Shown here piece after piece: positions 26,677-30,820 of a stretch of DNA of 30,820 nucleotides. Position numbers and translations under genes: made by a program. Under the pieces are notes generated by a model that saw nothing but the letters and a program-made list of their open reading frames with translations, did no database searches and was not told where the DNA came from. Location: the NCBI GenBank assembly GCA_964466005.1, contig CAYXLY010000001.1, forward strand, positions 1 through 30,820, read 5' to 3'. Source of the stretch: an uncultured Spirochaetaceae bacterium. Its GTDB lineage: Bacteria > Myxococcota_A > UBA9160 > UBA4427. Numbering within the stretch: the stretch's first letter is position 1; each line of letters opens with the position of its first letter.

Positions 26677-27552
26677 TCAGCGCGTCTTCTGGATGACGTT
26701 CTCGGCGAACCAGTGGATGGCGCCGATCTTCTCCTCCAGCGTCTGGGTATCGGGCTCGGCGAGATAGGGATTCCGGAAGGCGACGATGGCCTCCTGGATC
26801 CCGAGATCCTCGAGCTTCCGCACGCCGTCGACACTGAATGCCTCGGCGCTCATCGACTGGTACTCGAAGGGCAGATGGTCCCGACCGTACGCCTTCCGGT
26901 ACTCCTCGATCTGGCTCACGGTAGCCGAGAGATCTTCGAAGCTGCCACCGGCGTGGATGAAGCCGTCGGCCTGCCGCGCGGCGCGCCGCAGGGCCGGCTT
27001 CGCATGTCCGCCGATCAGGATCGGGACGGGCTCGGAGGGGGCCGGGCAGATCTTGATCGAGTCGAGCTGGAAGATCTCTCCGTCGTAGGAGAAGTACTCC
27101 CCGCTCATGAGTCCCTTCACGATGTCGATCATCTCGTCCATCCGCTTGCCGCGCTTCTCCCAGGGGATCTGGCAGGCCGCGAAGTCGTCGGGCCAGGGGC
27201 TGATCCCGACGCCGAAGCCGAAGCGGTCGTTCGTCAGCACGGCGACCGAAGAGACCGACTTGGCGACCACCACGGGCTGCCGGACCGCGAGCTTCATGAC
27301 GGAGGTCGTGAACCGGATCCGCGTGGTCACGGCGCCCATCGCCGGAATCAGCGAGAAGGGCTCGAGAAAGGGCACGCCGTCCAGGAACTCCCGATCCCCC
27401 GTCTCGTTGTAGGGATATTGGCTGTCCGACTCCTCCGGGTAGCAGATGCTGTCGGGGAGCGTGAAGGTGTCGAAGCCAGCCTCCTCGACGGCCATCGCCA
27501 GCGGCAGGTAGAACTCGGGGTTGCACATGGAGGCGTGGTACGCGAATCGCAT
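26677..27552 (-). CDS. LLM-class, probably F420-dependent oxidoreductase (second paralog)
   Basis: EEAGFD..PDSICYP..YPY..PFLEPF, RQPV.VAK..S.AVLTNDRF..GVG, ILIGGH...ALRRAA..DG. Confidence 0.9.
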   Translation of the reverse strand: MRFAYHASMCNPEFYLPLAMAVEEAGFDTFTLPDSICYPEESDSQYPYNETGDREFLDGVPFLEPFSLIPAMGAVTTRIRFTTSVMKLAVRQPVVVAKSVSSVAVLTNDRFGFGVGISPWPDDFAACQIPWEKRGKRMDEMIDIVKGLMSGEYFSYDGEIFQLDSIKICPAPSEPVPILIGGHAKPALRRAARQADGFIHAGGSFEDLSATVSQIEEYRKAYGRDHLPFEYQSMSAEAFSVDGVRKLEDLGIQEAIVAFRNPYLAEPDTQTLEEKIGAIHWFAENVIQKTR

Positions 27553-27719
27553 GACTCTCTCCTGGGGTCGATCGTTGGCCCTGAACTCTAACGCCCTCGA
27601 GCTGCGACGGGGAGGCGGAGTCCGGCCTGTGGCTCGCAGGCTCCGCTCGGCGCCGCGGCGCTGCTTCTTCGTCTTCCGACGCTCCCACCCGATCGGTCCG
27701 GACGCGGGCCGCGGGATCC

Positions 27720-29117
27720 CTAGAACACCCGGAATCGCTTCTGGACGTGGCGCTGGCGGACCGCGATCTCCCGGCGTCGCTCCTCCGGCGTCACCGTCGG
27801 TGTCGACTCCGGAAGGTGCGAGCGGATCTCCGCGAAGGGAACCTTCCGGGCGCTGATCCGGGGCCAGCGATCGGGCTCGGGCGTCTCGCTGTACGCCCAG
27901 CGAGGCGACATGAAGCCCTGCGGATGCCCCGTGGTGTCGACCCAGTTGAGCACGCCGGGGTCTTCGTGGGCGATGACCAGGCGGATCACGCCGTCCGGAT
28001 CGACGTGGGTCTGGAAGCCGTTCCTCGAGCCCACGCGGTTCGCGTACTCGATCGATTCTCCCCAGAGGTTGCCGAGCTGGAAGCCGATGTACTGGGGGGC
28101 GAGGTCGATCCGATTCTCGATGATCAGCGCCTCGTCCGGCCCCAGATCGTAGACGCCGCCGGCGTAGAGATTCGTGCTCATCCCGCCGCCGGTCGCTCCG
28201 GACGCGGCGTTGATCCGGTTGAACGCGTTGCGCGGGAAGGACACGCCGGGGATGCTGCCCTCGCGCTCGCCGTAGGTGCCCATCGGGATCGTCCAGAAGG
28301 CGTTCCAGAAATGCATCTGGCTCTTCACGATCTCACCGAAGCGGCGGATCTCCCGACTCGCCTTCTCCGCCGTATAGGGCTCGGGATGGGTCCCCTCGGC
28401 GCCGAGCTGTCGGATCTCGAAGTGGATCGCGTCCTCACGGCCCCAGTCGTAGAAGAGCTGTCGCCCGCTCACGTAGCTCGCATAGCGCTCCGGCGGGACG
28501 TCCGGATCGACGGGATGCGGCTGACGCACGATCTTCAGCGTCGGAACGAAGTTCCCCTCGTAGCCTTCGGGCCGCTCGGGCGCGAAGAGGATCTCGAAGC
28601 TGCCGTCGTCGTCCACCTCGAGGGTCGAGCTGTCGAGCCGTCCGGTCTGCGTCTTCATGCCGGGTCTCAGCTCGGAGAGATCCCCGGAATCGCCAGCCAG
28701 GCCGCCCCAGCTCGCCTCGAAGATCACGTAGTGGGGCGCCTTGCGTCCCGTCTTCGCCGGGGGGTCGCCCTTCCAGTGGCGCGCGTCCCCGATCTCGCCG
28801 CGCAGCAGGTATTGCTCGCGACCGTCGATCGGCGCGTAGAAGTAGACGGCATCGGGGTTGTCGATGGTGCTCCGCGTGATGATGCTGAGCGCGTTGCGGA
28901 AATGCGGGCGCACGGGATCTTCGTGAAAGGCGCGCTCGACGGCGCTGTGCACGAATCCCATCAGGTAGCGGTACCCCTCGGCCAGGTTGCGCTCTGTCGG
29001 AGGAGGCGGCATCCGCTCCGGCACGTCGACGCCCTCCCGCGCCTCCTGCAGGAGGCCGATCATCTCGTCCCAGGCGGCTCGGAGCTCGTCTCGTGCATCA
29101 TGCGATTGGTCGCTCAC
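27720..29117 (-). CDS. DUF1214-like protein (sulfotransferase-associated type)
   Basis: AEGYRYL..DNPDAVY..G..Y..RG; VDPDG..R.VIAH.DPG..NW.DT.GH..G. GTG start overlaps the upstream stop (GTGA). Confidence 0.75.
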   Translation of the reverse strand: MSDQSHDARDELRAAWDEMIGLLQEAREGVDVPERMPPPPTERNLAEGYRYLMGFVHSAVERAFHEDPVRPHFRNALSIITRSTIDNPDAVYFYAPIDGREQYLLRGEIGDARHWKGDPPAKTGRKAPHYVIFEASWGGLAGDSGDLSELRPGMKTQTGRLDSSTLEVDDDGSFEILFAPERPEGYEGNFVPTLKIVRQPHPVDPDVPPERYASYVSGRQLFYDWGREDAIHFEIRQLGAEGTHPEPYTAEKASREIRRFGEIVKSQMHFWNAFWTIPMGTYGEREGSIPGVSFPRNAFNRINAASGATGGGMSTNLYAGGVYDLGPDEALIIENRIDLAPQYIGFQLGNLWGESIEYANRVGSRNGFQTHVDPDGVIRLVIAHEDPGVLNWVDTTGHPQGFMSPRWAYSETPEPDRWPRISARKVPFAEIRSHLPESTPTVTPEERRREIAVRQRHVQKRFRVF

Positions 29118-30310
29118 TGCGTCTCTCCCTGCTTCCCCTGCTTCCGGTCCGCGTCCCGACCCTCTCCGGCGTCGACCGACTCCCTCCACTGGAAGCGTTC
29201 GAAGAGGCTCCCGAGCTCGGCCCGGATCGCATCGGGCTCGAGACCGAACTCCTCGAGGCTGTAGACATGTCGGGTCTTGTGATCCCGGGCTCTCTTGCCC
29301 TCGCCCGCGAGGGTCTCGCGGTAGGCATCACTCATGCTCCAGCCCAGATCACGATAGATCTTCTCGACCGTCGCGGCCGGATCCGACACCAGGTCCCGAT
29401 AGTCGACGATCGATCCAGGCACCTCCGGATGCGCATCGAGATACTCGATCGGATGCAGGTAGGTATGCCATGACTGGTCGGCCAGGATCTTGAGGCAGCG
29501 CTGCTGTCGCTCCGGATCCCAGCCGAGCTGCTTCCAGCTCGTGCGCATGAGCTTGAGGAGGCTGGGGATCGTCTCGTAGGGGTCCCGGACGTTGACGATG
29601 ATCCGGGCGTCGGGGAAGGCTTCGAGCAGCGACGCGACCCGTCCCGAGTACATCGGGTTCTTGCTGAGATGGGTCTTCTCGGGGCCGTTCAGGTAGAGCT
29701 GACGACGGATGCACTCCCGGTACATGTCGTTGTAGCGACGGCGCTTCTTCTCGGGCCAGTCGTTCATGTGATAGAAGTCGAGGTCGCCCATGTAGGGCAT
29801 CTTCGTGATCCAGAACCCCGCGGCCATGGAGTAGTAGAGGACGATGTCGTCTTCCTCGGGCTCCGTGAGGCTCATGCTGTGTATGTGTCGAGACTGGCCG
29901 TAGCGCCATTCCTCCCAGGCTCGAACCTGACCAGCCAGGAGTCCCCGAAGCTTCTCCGCATCCCATCTCGCGATCGCGCGAATGGCCTGCTTCTGGATCA
30001 GGGAGGGAAAGTAGAGCTCGTAGAGCTGGAACGAGCTGAAACGACCCTCGTCCTTGCTGAGGAGTCGATGGGTCAGCGTCGTCCCGCTCCGGGCGTGGCC
30101 GACCATGAAGACGGGCTCGCGGACCTCGACCCGTCTCAGGTCCGGATGGACGACGACGTCGAGCGCGAAGCAGATGGCGTGGAAGACGGCGACGATCGGC
30201 ACCCAGAGGAGGAGCACCGCGAGGTAGTAGTAGCGCGCCTTGGGAACCTTCTCGTTCCAGGCGAGCCGGATCATCCGGAAGTAGTTGTCGAAATCGAAGT
30301 AGAACCACAT
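29114..30310 (-). CDS. PAPS-dependent sulfotransferase (Stf3-like) with N-terminal hydrophobic segment
   Basis: 5'-PSB loop VGHARSGTTL, EPEEDD, LSKNP, 3'-PB RDPYETIPS. GAGGAGA RBS. Confidence 0.9.
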   Translation of the reverse strand: MWFYFDFDNYFRMIRLAWNEKVPKARYYYLAVLLLWVPIVAVFHAICFALDVVVHPDLRRVEVREPVFMVGHARSGTTLTHRLLSKDEGRFSSFQLYELYFPSLIQKQAIRAIARWDAEKLRGLLAGQVRAWEEWRYGQSRHIHSMSLTEPEEDDIVLYYSMAAGFWITKMPYMGDLDFYHMNDWPEKKRRRYNDMYRECIRRQLYLNGPEKTHLSKNPMYSGRVASLLEAFPDARIIVNVRDPYETIPSLLKLMRTSWKQLGWDPERQQRCLKILADQSWHTYLHPIEYLDAHPEVPGSIVDYRDLVSDPAATVEKIYRDLGWSMSDAYRETLAGEGKRARDHKTRHVYSLEEFGLEPDAIRAELGSLFERFQWRESVDAGEGRDADRKQGKQGETQ

Positions 30311-30371
30311 GCGGGTCTCTCCTCGTCGAACCGGTTTAGTCGACTCGATCGACCCGCGCAAACCGTCTCGA

Positions 30372-30404
30372 CCCGCAATCGGACTCGGGGAGTCCGATTG
30401 CGGG
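30372..30404. repeat. Perfect 15-bp inverted repeat with 3-nt spacer (CCCGCAATCGGACTC-GGG-GAGTCCGATTGCGGG)
   Basis: Arms checked base by base. Located between divergent genes. Confidence 0.95.
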
Positions 30405-30472
30405 CGGGAGCGGTATCATGACGGCCGGGCGCGGCTGCAGTCGAGCCCGGCCCGGCCGCGAGGAGGCAAGCG

Positions 30473-30820
30473 ATGGGCACCGGGAAGGACCGCTCTCTCA
30501 GGTCGGTGTGGGGGGTCGCCGCGCTCCTCGCCCTCTCGGCCCTCGCCTTCGCCGCACATCGCTGGATCGGCTCCGAGAGCATCCGGGCAGGCGTGGAGGG
30601 GAGCTGGGCCCTCCTCCAGACCGCACCTCCCCTGGTCTTCTTCATCTCGATGGCGCTGATCTGCCTCCTGCCGGTGCCCATCAGCCTCTTCTACGTGAGC
30701 GCGGGCCCGCTCTACGGCATCGTGCCGGCGTTGCTCTGGATCGTGCCGGCCATCGCGTTGAACCAGGTCCTGGCTCACGGGCTCTGCAATGGCGTCCTTC
30801 GTCCCTCGATCGACCGCATG
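30473..30820 (+). CDS. VTT/DedA (TVP38/TMEM64) family membrane protein, partial at window end; apparent frameshift near 30510-30514 or alternative start ATG30418
   Basis: Hand translation: VAALLALSALAF..PPLVFFISMALICLLPVPISLFYVSAGPLYG..ALLW. AGGAGG RBS precedes ATG30473, which is one base out of frame with the body. Confidence 0.7.
   Translation, partial: MGTGKDRSLRSVWGVAALLALSALAFAAHRWIGSESIRAGVEGSWALLQTAPPLVFFISMALICLLPVPISLFYVSAGPLYGIVPALLWIVPAIALNQVLAHGLCNGVLRPSIDRM

Noticed and set aside
25054-27591. 845-aa plus-strand ORF (and 25445-27688 minus)
   Set aside because: Antisense or alternative-frame shadows of the flavoprotein and LLM genes.
1-30820. CRISPR array, tRNA/rRNA, integrase/transposase, defence genes
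   Set aside because: No spaced repeats, cloverleaf or rRNA signatures, or recombinase motifs seen.

Overview
Very GC-rich bacterial DNA, probably a free-living diderm: it encodes a beta-barrel porin and signal-peptide/lipoprotein genes. Gene content would fit Myxococcota or another deltaproteobacterium-like lineage, but that is inference only. I recognised about 28 genes or gene remnants and no rRNA, tRNA, CRISPR array or mobile element. (1) 1-10154: small membrane proteins with two decayed remnants, an SRPBCC-like protein, an EamA transporter, an NmrA/LysR divergon, an exported glutaredoxin, a BBP2-type porin, DUF2062 and an orphan ThDP enzyme. (2) 10135-19410, the most interesting block: an exported DUF3604 (PHP-like) hydrolase, an NTT/TLC nucleotide translocase fused to HEAT repeats and coupled to a tandem cNMP-binding protein, a putative envelope protein, and an exported PI4K/Fam20-like atypical kinase translationally coupled to a second NTT translocase. 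My best candidate for an undescribed system is this translocase-fuelled extracytoplasmic phosphorylation module. (3) 19492-30310: an actinobacterial-style redox/catabolic cluster (2 SDRs, SnoaL/NTF2, frameshifted D-aminoacylase-like amidohydrolase, EthD, 2 F420-type LLMs, a 3-ketosteroid dehydrogenase-like flavoprotein, DUF1214-like protein, Stf3-like sulfotransferase). (4) A perfect 15-bp inverted repeat and a truncated VTT/DedA gene end the window. Two genes appear to lack one G in a G-run, which suggests long-read homopolymer errors. All family calls are from motif recognition by eye; no database searches were run.
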